A model generated the notes under the pieces. The model had not been told where the DNA came from. It was given only the letters and a program-made list of their open reading frames with translations, and did no database searches. A DNA stretch of 64,000 nucleotides. It comes from Desulfatiglandales bacterium. GTDB lineage: Bacteria > Desulfobacterota > DSM-4660 > Desulfatiglandales > HGW-15. The position numbers and the translations under genes were made by a program. The stretch is taken from positions 608,001 to 672,000 of the forward strand of contig CAXXJJ010000004.1 of assembly GCA_963667015.2 (NCBI GenBank). Reading direction: 5' to 3'. How positions within the stretch are numbered: the stretch's first letter is position 1; every line of letters starts with the position of its first letter. Shown piece after piece: positions 49,257 through 59,364 of the stretch.

Positions 49257-49589
49257 ATGTTTTGCCCAAAATGTAAAGCTGAATACAGAGAAGGTATTTT
49301 AAAGTGTGCAGACTGTGATGTTGAGCTTGTTCCTGAATTATCTCCCGATCCGGAAGAAATACCGGAGTATGTTGACTGGGTAAAGATTTACACCTTTACA
49401 GACAGGTATGAGGCTGACCTTGCACAGGGGCTTCTGGAGGCAAATGATGTTCCTGCTGTTGTATATGCTGATGACTGCGGAAGTGTTGATCCGGCATTGA
49501 CCTGGGCAAGGGGTGTTCGATTGATGGTTAAAAAAGAGGATATTGATCAGGCAAAAGAGATCCTTGTTGATGCGGATTATGAGTTTTAA
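49257..49589 (+). CDS. Zinc-ribbon + DUF2007 (putative signal transducing) protein
   Basis: MFCPKC.AEYR.G...CADC; EA.LA.GLLEANDV; VRLMV. Confidence 0.75.
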   Translation: MFCPKCKAEYREGILKCADCDVELVPELSPDPEEIPEYVDWVKIYTFTDRYEADLAQGLLEANDVPAVVYADDCGSVDPALTWARGVRLMVKKEDIDQAKEILVDADYEF

Positions 49590-49600
49590 AAGGTAAGATA

Positions 49601-49915
49601 ATGGAAGAAAAAGACCTGGAAATTCTGCAGAAGATAGCCGACGGATACCCGAAGGATTCCGATGAATATGCAGCCCTTTCAATGGCTGCAAAGGCACTTG
49701 TCTTTGTTGCCGGAGAAGAGGCCAGGTCGGATTTTAAAGAGTATATCAGTCGTACGACCAAACCTTTAAATGCCCTGGATCTTATTTATATAAAACAGTG
49801 CGGGATTGAAATTCCTGAGGAATTGAGAAATGAAAAGGTCAATGAGCTGGAAAAGGATATTGACGAAATAGTTGCAAAATTTAATTCATATAATGAATCG
49901 ATAGAACAGGGTTAA
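49601..49915 (+). CDS. Hypothetical protein
   Basis: 104-aa ORF following DUF2007. Confidence 0.6.
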   Translation: MEEKDLEILQKIADGYPKDSDEYAALSMAAKALVFVAGEEARSDFKEYISRTTKPLNALDLIYIKQCGIEIPEELRNEKVNELEKDIDEIVAKFNSYNESIEQG

Positions 49916-50070
49916 TTCTTCTCACTTAACCCCTGGACACCTTTCTTTAAATTTTTTCACACATTTTTCATATTATATTCTTACTCATTTCTCATAAATA
50001 TATCATAATTTCAGCATTTATTAACAAGGGTGCCACTGATATTGAATGGCACTTTCGTTAATACCCTCCC

Positions 50071-50097
50071 AAACCCTCCCTTTAGTGGGGAGGGTTT
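50071..50097. repeat. GC-rich palindrome (REP-like)
   Basis: AAACCCTCCC tttagtg GGGAGGGTTT; a similar TCCCCTCC...GGAGGGGA pair lies at 28379-28413. Confidence 0.6.
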
Positions 50098-50135
50098 ACA
50101 GGTAAAAAAAACCGAAGTCTCATGCAGCTAAAAGC

Positions 50136-50315
50136 GCAAATAAACTGAAACCGGATATTATTGTGTGCACAGGGGAGTATGCGCATAAATGGCATGCTAA
50201 AAATCAGGTTAATGAAGCATGGGAGATACTTTCAAAACTAAGGGCAAAACACGGTGTCTACTCGGTACTGGATAACCATGACCACTGGGCCGATACAGCA
50301 CTGTCTATCGAGTGA
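50136..50315 (+). pseudogene. Metallophosphoesterase remnant
   Basis: Translates KPDIIVCTGEY...GVYSVLDNHDHW (decayed GD and GNHD motifs), no start codon. Confidence 0.7.
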
Positions 50316-50414
50316 TTGATACCTGCATAAATTCATTAAAACTCCAATATATTACCTCTTGACAATACCATATTATTACCCTATTAATATGCATATTAAT
50401 TAACAGGAGAAAGC

Positions 50415-51953
50415 ATGGTCCAGATAAAAATCAAAAAGGATTCCGGAGAGCCGCTTTATATACAGATTCGCAATGCAATCGAAGATGCTGTAAAAAAAGG
50501 CAATCTAAAACCCGGCGATCAACTTCCGGCTGTAACAACCCTTGCCAGAGAAATAGGCGTTACCCATTCAACAATACGCAGGGCATTTGAAGATTTAACT
50601 GCCCAGGGCCTTATAGGGTCACATGTGGGCAGGGGTACATTTATCCTTGATCCAGGCAAACAGGCACAAAAAGAAACACCCTCCTCCCCTGATAAAAATT
50701 CAGCCGCTGATTCAAGAATAAATGGAGAATTCACCACGGCTGCCAGGAGGCTTCGCATGGGCATTGCAAAAAGCCTTGAAGCCTTGATGGATCTTGCAAA
50801 AAGGCCGGGACTGATTCATTTCACATCAGGCGTACCCGACCCGGCTCTTCTGGAAGGCGGAGTGCTTGCACGCCTCACTAAAAGCGCTCTTAAATCAGGT
50901 GAAGAGAAATATTACATTTATGGTGAATCACCTCTCGGATTAAAGGAACTCAGGGAAGTTCTGGCAGAGAGATTTAACGCCGAGGGAATGAATATAACCG
51001 CTGATAATATACTGATAACAAACGGTTCCCAGCAGGCAGCATCTATCCTTGCCCAGTCTGCACTGGAGAATAAACAGCGGGTCATATGCGAAACACCGTG
51101 CTGGCTCGGAATCCCACGAGCATTCGGGGCGATAGGACACTGGGTAGAGACCGTTTCAAGAGACAGGGATGGAGTGATTATAAAAAAGCTTGAGCGTTTC
51201 AACGGCGGGCCCCATTCTCTGCTCTACCTGTGCCCTGAATTTCATCACCCCATGGGTACAGACCTGAGCGCCGAAAGACAAACTCAGATCATTAACCGGG
51301 CAAGAGCACAGAATACAGACATACTTGCGGATGAAATCTTTCATGACCTTAGATTTGAAGGACCTTTAAGAAAAAGCATAATGGTTGAAGCCGGAAAAAA
51401 GAATTGCTTTGTTATGGGCTCTCTTTCAAAATCCTTTATGGTAGGCCTGAGGATCGGCTGGCTGATTGGAGACGAAGAGCGGATCAAATCTTTATGCAAT
51501 CTTAAAAGGTCAATTGACCTTGGCTCTCCTGCCCTGATGCAGGGCATAGCGCTCTCTCTTTTAAAATCAGGGGAATATGATACGCACCTTGAAAAGGCAA
51601 GGGAACATTACAGGATAAGGCGTGACACCATAATCGAGACATTGGAGCAAAACATGCCCAGGGGCGTTACATGGACAAGGCCTGACGGAGGGTTTCATAT
51701 GTGGGTGGAACTGCCAAAGGGGTATTCCAGTATTGCCCTCTTCCTTCACGCGGTTGAAAGAGGAGTGGCATTTTTACCCGGCCCAATGCAGGATCTTGAT
51801 CACAGATTTATAAATGCCTTTCGTGTATCCTACAGCGGTATTACACCGGATCAGATCAAGGCAGGTATTAAGAACCTTGGTAAAGCAGTAAAGGAATTAT
51901 TAAAGGGTGCACCAAATGACCCGGGCCTTAGCGGTCTTGGAGATTTTATATGA
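50415..51953 (+). CDS. MocR/GabR family regulator (GntR HTH + PLP aminotransferase domain)
   Basis: PLY.QI..LKPGDQLP, GRGTF, SLSKS..GLRIGW; TTGACA-17-TATTAA promoter upstream. Confidence 0.9.
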   Translation: MVQIKIKKDSGEPLYIQIRNAIEDAVKKGNLKPGDQLPAVTTLAREIGVTHSTIRRAFEDLTAQGLIGSHVGRGTFILDPGKQAQKETPSSPDKNSAADSRINGEFTTAARRLRMGIAKSLEALMDLAKRPGLIHFTSGVPDPALLEGGVLARLTKSALKSGEEKYYIYGESPLGLKELREVLAERFNAEGMNITADNILITNGSQQAASILAQSALENKQRVICETPCWLGIPRAFGAIGHWVETVSRDRDGVIIKKLERFNGGPHSLLYLCPEFHHPMGTDLSAERQTQIINRARAQNTDILADEIFHDLRFEGPLRKSIMVEAGKKNCFVMGSLSKSFMVGLRIGWLIGDEERIKSLCNLKRSIDLGSPALMQGIALSLLKSGEYDTHLEKAREHYRIRRDTIIETLEQNMPRGVTWTRPDGGFHMWVELPKGYSSIALFLHAVERGVAFLPGPMQDLDHRFINAFRVSYSGITPDQIKAGIKNLGKAVKELLKGAPNDPGLSGLGDFI

Positions 51954-52732
51954 GTAATGAGGTAAATAAAGTGCAAAATAAATGCATTGATATCGTATAC
52001 GGGCCTGTCCATTCAAGAAGATTCGGAATTTCACTGGGCCTGAACATATCCGGCAGCGGAAAATACTGCTCCTTTAACTGCATTTACTGTTTCAGGGGCA
52101 AGAATGACGGAAGCCCTGATGATGCTGAATTCAGGGCGAATCTTCCTTCTGTCGAATATGTACTGGATTCACTTGAAAAGTGGATAAATGCTCCTCATGA
52201 TAAAATTGATGACATCACACTGGCAGGAAATGCAGAACCTACAAATCACCCTGATTTTCCGGAGATAGTAGACGGAGTTATCAAACTGAGAGACAGGTAC
52301 CTGCCGGATGTAGAGGTGTCAGTGCTAACAAACGGAATGGGACTTATCCCGCGCCTTAATCAAAGATATATGGACGTTAAATATGCGCTTGAAAGGGTTG
52401 ATAATCCCTGCCTGAAGCTTGACAGCGGCGTTCCCGAAACATGGCGTATAATCTCAAGGCCCTATGCAGGTGTTACCTTTTCGGAGTGGTTTGATGCAGT
52501 AAGAATTCTTGATGCGCCCATAGTCCAGACGATACTGATGAATGGATTTGCGGATAATACTACAGCCGGGGAATTGGCAAAATTAAGGGAATGCTATGTG
52601 ATACTTAATCCAAAGAAAGTAGATGTAATAAATATTGATAAACCTACAGCATTATCCAGTGTTTATCCTGTTGAGGAAAAAGAATTCGATAAGGCAAAAG
52701 CGTTTCTTACAGATTGGAAGGATACAACATGA
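51950..52732 (+). CDS. Radical SAM protein
   Basis: YGPVHSRRFGISLG, CSFNCIYC, GNAEPT. Confidence 0.85.
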   Translation: MSNEVNKVQNKCIDIVYGPVHSRRFGISLGLNISGSGKYCSFNCIYCFRGKNDGSPDDAEFRANLPSVEYVLDSLEKWINAPHDKIDDITLAGNAEPTNHPDFPEIVDGVIKLRDRYLPDVEVSVLTNGMGLIPRLNQRYMDVKYALERVDNPCLKLDSGVPETWRIISRPYAGVTFSEWFDAVRILDAPIVQTILMNGFADNTTAGELAKLRECYVILNPKKVDVINIDKPTALSSVYPVEEKEFDKAKAFLTDWKDTT

Positions 52733-53958
52733 ATAACATCATGCAAAAAAATACAGCCGAAAGACTCGGAGGGAAATCTTTTGGTAAAGGCACAGAGCTT
52801 TATAAATTTGCAAAGATAAAAAAGGCAAAAAAAGAGGCGATGGAGCGTAACCCTGATCGAAAAATAATTGATCTTGGTGTGGGTGAACCTGACTGGCCTG
52901 CCGATCAAATTATTGTGGAGAGGCTTAGGGAGGAGTGCAGCAAACCGGAAAACCGCTTATATGCGGATAATGGATTGCCGGAATTTCAGAACACCTGTTT
53001 AAAATACATGCGCAGAGTTTATGGCATTGATTACCTGACCGAAAAGAATGTCATGCATGGGATAGGCTCTAAGCCTGTACTTGCAATGCTGCCAATGTGT
53101 TTTATAAATCCCGGGGATGTAACACTTATGACAGTGCCGGGCTATCCGGTTCTGGGTACATACACAAAGTATCTTGGCGGAGAAGTATACAATCTGCCCC
53201 TGCTGGAAGAAAATAACTTTTACCCTGATCTGGACACTATCCCGGATGAAATACTGGAAAAGGCAAAACTGCTGTATATCAACTACCCTAACAACCCCAC
53301 AGGACAGGTTGCTACAAAAGAGTTTTATAAAAAGGTTGTTGATTTTGCGAGATGCAATGAAATAGTGATTGTCTCAGATGCCGCCTATTCTTCTCTTGTT
53401 TACGAAGGAACTCCTCTGAGTATTTTTTCAGTGAATAATGCCCTTGATGTTGCCATTGAGATACATTCCCTGTCAAAGGCCTTTAACATGACAGGCTGGA
53501 GACTTGCCTTTATTGCAGGCAGTGAACAGGCGATAAACCTGTATGGAACGGTAAAGGACAATACTGATTCAGGTCAGTTCAGGGCAATACAGAAGGCAGG
53601 ATGCACGGCTCTTGAGCATCCGGAGATTACACAGGGAACAATAATAAAATATTCGAGAAGATTTGATTTGCTTGTTGAAGCGCTGAAAGAGGTAGGATTT
53701 AAAGCTCAAAAACCAGGAGGATCATTTTACTGTTATGTGCCTATTCCAAAGGGAGCAAAGTCGGGACAGGTATTCAACTCCGCAGAACAGGTTGCAGAAT
53801 ATCTTATACATGAGGCATCAATTATAACCGTGCCGTGGGATGATGCGGGTTCTTATCTAAGATTCTCAGTGACATTTGAAGCAGATAGTGAGGAAGATGA
53901 AATAAGGATAATAAATGAAATTGGAAAAAGGTTAAAAGGTCTTGAGCTGGAGTTTTAA
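52729..53958 (+). CDS. dapL: LL-diaminopimelate aminotransferase
   Basis: IDLGVGEPD, IGSK, NYPNNPTG, DAAY, SLSKAFNMTGWR; adjacent to lysA. Confidence 0.8.
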   Translation: MNNIMQKNTAERLGGKSFGKGTELYKFAKIKKAKKEAMERNPDRKIIDLGVGEPDWPADQIIVERLREECSKPENRLYADNGLPEFQNTCLKYMRRVYGIDYLTEKNVMHGIGSKPVLAMLPMCFINPGDVTLMTVPGYPVLGTYTKYLGGEVYNLPLLEENNFYPDLDTIPDEILEKAKLLYINYPNNPTGQVATKEFYKKVVDFARCNEIVIVSDAAYSSLVYEGTPLSIFSVNNALDVAIEIHSLSKAFNMTGWRLAFIAGSEQAINLYGTVKDNTDSGQFRAIQKAGCTALEHPEITQGTIIKYSRRFDLLVEALKEVGFKAQKPGGSFYCYVPIPKGAKSGQVFNSAEQVAEYLIHEASIITVPWDDAGSYLRFSVTFEADSEEDEIRIINEIGKRLKGLELEF

Positions 53959-53996
53959 ATTAATGTAATAGTTTTCGTTATTTTGTATTGCGCTTT

Positions 53997-54026
53997 TGTA
54001 AGGGCACGATGCATCGTGCCCCTACA
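53997..54026. repeat. GTAG-type REP palindrome
   Basis: TGTAAGGGCACGATGCATCGTGCCCCTACA. Confidence 0.8.
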
Positions 54027-54074
54027 GTATGCTAATATATAGATACCAATAATATATGAGGTGATTAGATAAAA

Positions 54075-55340
54075 ATGTCTGTAAAAAACCTTCCTTTTAC
54101 AAAGGATATGCTTGAAATAATAACCGAGAATTTCCCGACACCCTTTCATATCTACGACGAAAAAGCGATAAGAGAAAATGCACGGGATCTGATCAGCGCT
54201 TTCAACTGGAATAATGGCTTCAAAGAGTACTTTGCAGTAAAGGCAACACCGAACCCCTTTATATTAAAAATACTTCACAGTGAAGGGTTCGGAGCAGACT
54301 GCAGTTCTTTACCTGAACTGCTCCTGTCTGATAAGGCCGGTATTACCGGAGAGGAAATCATGTTTACATCCAATGATACACCTGCACATGAATTTGTAAT
54401 AGCAAGGGAAATGGGCGCTGTTATCAACCTGGATGACATCAGCCATATCCCTTTTCTTGAAAAAACATGCGGCATCCCCGAGGTTATATCAGTAAGATAT
54501 AATCCGGGCAGGCTCAGGGACGGAAGTTTCATTATTGGAAACCCCGAAGATGCAAAGTATGGATTTACCAGGGAACAGGTTTTTTTGGGACTTACCCAGC
54601 TGCAGCAGAAAGGAGCAAAGAGATTTGGCGTACATACATTCATTGCCTCAAATGAGCTTAACCAGGACTATTTTGTTGATACGGCTGATATGCTCTTTGA
54701 ACTGGCTGTAGAAATAATGGAAAAATTAGATATCCGGCTGGAATTCGTTAATATCAGCGGAGGAATCGGTATTCCTTATAAACCGGATGAAAAAAAGGTT
54801 GATCTGGCTTATGTCGGGGAGAATATACACAAAAAATACGATGAAAAGATAAAGGATACCGACCTTGATCCACTCTCCTTTTTCATGGAATGCGGCCGGG
54901 CAATAACAGGACCATACGGGTATCTTGTTTCCAGGGTGCTGCATAAAAAAGAGATATACAAAACCCATATCGGGCTTGATGCAAATATGGCAAACCTTAT
55001 GCGACCGGGGATGTATGGGGCCTATCATCATGTAACAGTCCCCGGGAAAGAAGACTGGAAGCAGGATTACATTTACGATTTAACCGGTTCTTTGTGTGAA
55101 TCAATAGACAGGTTTGCCGTGGACCGGAAATTACCAGAGATCGAGTTGGGTGACCTGGTTGTTATTCATGACACCGGGGCCCACGGGCATTCCATGGGTT
55201 TTAACTACAATGGCAAACTTCGTTCTTCGGAATTGCTGCTGCGCGAGAACGGCGAAGTTATCGAGATCAGGAGACCAGAGACAATCGATGACTATTTTGC
55301 AACACTGGATTTCAATAAACTTGAGGGTTTTAAGGTTTAG
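54075..55340 (+). CDS. lysA: Diaminopimelate decarboxylase
   Basis: TPFHIYDE, YFAVKA, ECGR, GSLCES.D, DTGAHG.SMG.NYN. Confidence 0.9.
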   Translation: MSVKNLPFTKDMLEIITENFPTPFHIYDEKAIRENARDLISAFNWNNGFKEYFAVKATPNPFILKILHSEGFGADCSSLPELLLSDKAGITGEEIMFTSNDTPAHEFVIAREMGAVINLDDISHIPFLEKTCGIPEVISVRYNPGRLRDGSFIIGNPEDAKYGFTREQVFLGLTQLQQKGAKRFGVHTFIASNELNQDYFVDTADMLFELAVEIMEKLDIRLEFVNISGGIGIPYKPDEKKVDLAYVGENIHKKYDEKIKDTDLDPLSFFMECGRAITGPYGYLVSRVLHKKEIYKTHIGLDANMANLMRPGMYGAYHHVTVPGKEDWKQDYIYDLTGSLCESIDRFAVDRKLPEIELGDLVVIHDTGAHGHSMGFNYNGKLRSSELLLRENGEVIEIRRPETIDDYFATLDFNKLEGFKV

Positions 55341-55366
55341 TTTACAGACATATAAAGGACAAAATC

Positions 55367-56589
55367 ATGGACCACATTTATATCTGCACCGGTCATTCAT
55401 TAAAAATCCCTGATATCGTTGACAGCCGGGGAATCTATATATTTGATGATAAAGGAAATCGTTATATGGACCTGGAGTCCGGAACATGGAGCGTTTCTCT
55501 GGGACACAATAACAAGAAGATCAACGATGTCATTCAAAAACAGATAAATACCCTGATGCATGCCGGTTTTTGTTATTCCAGCAAGATACTTGAAGAATCA
55601 GCAAAAGCAGTTCTGGATGTTGTAGATTTTAAAGATGGAAAGTGTGTCTTTCTGTGCTCAGGAAGCGAGGCAATTGAAATATCCAGGCAGATTTCAAGAC
55701 ATCTTACCGGCAGATCAAAATCCATGACATTGCACGACTCATATCTTGGCGCATATGCCTCGGTAACAGACAGGACAAAGGACTGGTATGTATTTAACTG
55801 GGAACATTGCCGGGAATGTGAAAAAAATCATGATTGCGATCCTTGCTGCGAGGCATTACAGAAGTATACCTGAATGATATATCTGACTTTATATTTGAAC
55901 CGGGCAGCTCTTCGGGTCTTGTCAGATTTCCGCCGGAGGCACTGATTCAAAATTTAGTCCGGATAGTTCGCAGTAATAAGGGGAAGATTATTGCTAACGA
56001 AGTAACAACCGGTGTCGGGCGTACCGGAATGTGGTTTGGATATCAACACTATGGTATTACGCCAGATTTAATAGCTATAGGGAAAGGTATCGGAAACGGT
56101 TACCCGGTCAGTGTGGCGGCAATCAATAATGATACAGTGAATGAACTGGAGAAGAAGCCATTCAAATATTCCCAGTCCCATCAGAATGATCCGCTGGGGG
56201 CTGCGGTTGTTCTGGAGGTTATTAGAGAAATAGAAGTAAATAACCTGATAGCAGAAGCAAAAGAAAAAGGTATGATATTTTTAGATCAGCTAAACTCCCT
56301 TGTTGATAATAAAACAGTCCTTGCTGTCAGGGGGAGAGGTTTGATGTTTGCCGTTGATATGAGCAATAAAAAAGTAACAGGAGAAATCTATACAGAACTT
56401 CTTAAGCGGGGATATATTGTCGGTAACAGAGGCGAGTCATTCAGGATCGATCCTCCGCTTATTATTAGCAAAGCAGAGTTCAATGGATTTATTGATGCCC
56501 TTAAAAATGCACTGCTTTTAAAAAAATCAGAAAGGAAAAGATCGGGTTCAGCCCTTGACTGTGACAGAATTATTGGAACACATCAATAA
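55367..56589 (+). pseudogene. Class III aminotransferase, frameshifted near 55865-55876 (pseudogene or sequence error)
   Basis: 5' half (YMDL.SG, LGH, SGSEA) and 3' half (FEPG, NEVTTGVGRTG, GKGIGNG) are in different frames. Confidence 0.8.
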
Positions 56590-56599
56590 CAAGAAAAAC

Positions 56600-56652
56600 G
56601 TTCGTGTGGAGCGTGAATTGAAATAGTCAAGTAATGTACGTCCAGCACGAAC
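56600..56652. terminator. Imperfect hairpin between convergent genes
   Basis: GTTCGTG.TGGA...TCCAGCACGAAC. Confidence 0.4.
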
Positions 56653-56668
56653 ATCCCCCGCCATTTAT

Positions 56669-56696
56669 ATAAGGGCGAAAAATATTTCGCCCCTGC
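56669..56696. repeat. Degenerate GTAG-type REP palindrome
   Basis: ATAAGGGCGAAAAATATTTCGCCCCTGC. Confidence 0.65.
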
Positions 56697-56725
56697 ATAC
56701 AAAAAATTATTTCATGGGATGTTTA

Positions 56726-57535
56726 TTATTTTGAAAGCGATCTGTAAAGTGCTTCCAGGTTCATATTAAAGATACCTGCTATTGGCCCCTCTTTCGGAAT
56801 ATTGGCAAATTCTTTTGCAACCATTATTTTCTGACGCACTTCCTCAAGATCCAGACCTTCATTTATTGCCCCTCCGACAAAGTCCATCCACTTTCTAATC
56901 TTACCCTTCATGGTTTCAAAGGCGCTTTTATCGGTTACCTCACCGTGACCGGGAATAACACGATCAACATCCAGTTCATTCAACCTGTCGAGTGATTTTA
57001 TCCATTCTTCGGGAAGGGCATCTATAAATATGGGCATGGCCAGGTTGATATTATCGGAGGTAAATAGGACTCTTTCTTCAGGCACATGCACTGCAAGCTG
57101 TTTTGAGGTATGGCCGGGAACGGTAAGTATATTTATTGAGTGGTCGCCGAGATATAGTGTTATCTCTCCATTAATTGAAATATCCGGCGGCCGGAAATAG
57201 AATGTATTATCCGGGTTAGGGCTGTCAGGGGCCATCCATGAAAGCTCTCGAATAAGGTCCTCAACTCTTGCGTTCCTCAGTGCTTTTACGGATTCCTCCG
57301 TCCCTATGACTGTGCCTCCAAGATAACAGCTTCCGCAATAGTGATCTGTATGAGCCTCATTTATAATCACATATTTAACAGGGGCGTGTTCGTTAATCTT
57401 CTGCGCCCAGTCCCGGGCTTCTACAGGAACCATTGGAGTATCAATTACAACAGCCCCTTCTTTTGTTACAATAAAACCTGAATTGCAGCCCTGGAAAGCT
57501 GTTTCAGCATAAACATTATCGGTGATCTTCTGCAT
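56726..57535 (-). CDS. MBL-fold metallo-hydrolase (cyclase-like)
   Basis: N.GFIVT.EG.VVIDT, EAHTDH, PGHT, IPGHG; ATG 57535 after GAGGA. Confidence 0.8.
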   Translation of the reverse strand: MQKITDNVYAETAFQGCNSGFIVTKEGAVVIDTPMVPVEARDWAQKINEHAPVKYVIINEAHTDHYCGSCYLGGTVIGTEESVKALRNARVEDLIRELSWMAPDSPNPDNTFYFRPPDISINGEITLYLGDHSINILTVPGHTSKQLAVHVPEERVLFTSDNINLAMPIFIDALPEEWIKSLDRLNELDVDRVIPGHGEVTDKSAFETMKGKIRKWMDFVGGAINEGLDLEEVRQKIMVAKEFANIPKEGPIAGIFNMNLEALYRSLSK

Positions 57536-57566
57536 ATAAAATCCTCGCCTGTAATATATAAATAGC

Positions 57567-59078
57567 CTACATAACAATGCTTACTGTCTTTACTTCTGTA
57601 TGATAATCAATTGCCGATTTCCCGTTTTCTCTGCCTATGCCGGACTGCTTGAATCCGCCAAATGGCAGATTTGGGTCAGGAGGAAGAGTTGCACCGTTTA
57701 CTGTTATCATACCGGCGTCCACCATTGCTGCTGTCTTTATGGCATTATTGAGGTTTGATGTCCAGATATTGGCTGCCAGACCATAATTTGTATCATTTGC
57801 CTCAGGGATAAGATCTTCAATGGTATCAAATGGTGAAGCTATGAGGACCGGTCCGAATATCTCTTCACGATATATGGCGGCATTTTTATCAACATCCACA
57901 AATATGGTCGGTTTCACAAAATTACCCGGCCTGTCGATGCCTGTTCCGCCTGTTACCAGTTTTGCACCTGAATCAATACCCTTCTGCATATATTCAAGAA
58001 CCCTGACCTTCTGGGATGCATTGATGAGGGGGCCCATCTCATTTTCAGGGTCCATACCCGGACCTACCTTCATTGACTCAGCCCTGCTCTGTATCGCACT
58101 CACGACTTCGTCAAACTTCTTTCGCTGAACAAACAGCCTTGAGCCGGCAACACAGATCTGACCGCAGTTCAAAAAGACACAAAGTGATGCTTCAAACGGT
58201 GCAGATTTCATATCAGCATCATCAAAAATAATACTTGGTGATTTTCCGCCCAGCTCAAGGGAAATCCTTGTAAGATTTTCCATTGCTGCCCTTGCAATGC
58301 TTTTTCCTACTTCAGTGGATCCTGTAAAGGTTATCTTGTTTACCCTTGGATCAGCTACCAGCCTTGATCCTACTGTTCCGCCTGGTCCCTGCAGCAGGTT
58401 TACAACTCCATCAGGAAGACCTGCCACCTGTAGCAGTTCCATAAGTTTTGCTGCGATCAGAGGGGTATCAGAAGCAGGCTTAATTACCATGGTACACCCT
58501 GTTGCAATTGCAGGGGCTATCTTACTTACAAACATGGGCATTGGCGCATTCCACGGTATAACCGCCGCAATAACTCCCACAGGCTGACGCAGGGTATAGG
58601 AAAATACCTGGTCTACATGAGGTAAAAGGGTCATAGGCACGAGGGTTTCACCTGCAATTTTTGTGGCAATACCAGCATAGTACTTTGCAAAATTAATCCC
58701 CATCATACAGTGACCTGGATCTGCGGCAGGTCTGCCAAGGTCCAGGCATTCAATCTGGCAGAGCTCTTCCCTGTGTTTATCGATAAGGTCTGCAAATCTG
58801 AGGAGAATATCCTGGCGTTCAGCCCCGGTCATTTTCTTCCATGGAGACTCATCAAATGCCTTTCGCGCTGCTGTAACGGCCATATCAACATCAATAGCAT
58901 CACTTTTGGATACATGGGCTATAACTTCATTGGTAGCCGGATCTTTTTTCTCAAATGTCTCCCCGCTTACCGCACTCTGCCATTTTCCATCGATACAGTT
59001 TCTAAACTCTTTGGAAAGAAAGTCTTTAACCTGCGGCAATAAATTATACTCTGATACTGATACATATTTACCTGACAT
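57567..59078 (-). CDS. NAD(P)-dependent aldehyde dehydrogenase (phenylacetaldehyde dehydrogenase-like)
   Basis: PWN, FTGSTEVG, LELGGKSP, GQICVAGSR, EEIFGPV, PFGGFKQSG. Confidence 0.92.
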   Translation of the reverse strand: MSGKYVSVSEYNLLPQVKDFLSKEFRNCIDGKWQSAVSGETFEKKDPATNEVIAHVSKSDAIDVDMAVTAARKAFDESPWKKMTGAERQDILLRFADLIDKHREELCQIECLDLGRPAADPGHCMMGINFAKYYAGIATKIAGETLVPMTLLPHVDQVFSYTLRQPVGVIAAVIPWNAPMPMFVSKIAPAIATGCTMVIKPASDTPLIAAKLMELLQVAGLPDGVVNLLQGPGGTVGSRLVADPRVNKITFTGSTEVGKSIARAAMENLTRISLELGGKSPSIIFDDADMKSAPFEASLCVFLNCGQICVAGSRLFVQRKKFDEVVSAIQSRAESMKVGPGMDPENEMGPLINASQKVRVLEYMQKGIDSGAKLVTGGTGIDRPGNFVKPTIFVDVDKNAAIYREEIFGPVLIASPFDTIEDLIPEANDTNYGLAANIWTSNLNNAIKTAAMVDAGMITVNGATLPPDPNLPFGGFKQSGIGRENGKSAIDYHTEVKTVSIVM

Positions 59079-59364
59079 AATCCCATCTCCTTTATTTTAA
59101 AAAATATTTTTTTTCGTTAGAATTCCATATAATAACTATTCGATTTACCTTTTTTAACAAGCTGAATTGTATTATCCTGATTTTAAAATAATGATTTTAC
59201 TATGTAGACGTTTTTAAATTGATTACTTATATCAATTCCGATATAACATGTAAAATTCTTTTTATACTTTTACAGGAATTGTGATTACGAGAAACCATCA
59301 TGAAACAGAAAGAAAAAAGACAGTTTCATATTCCTGTGAAAAAGAACAGATGGAGGATACAAAA

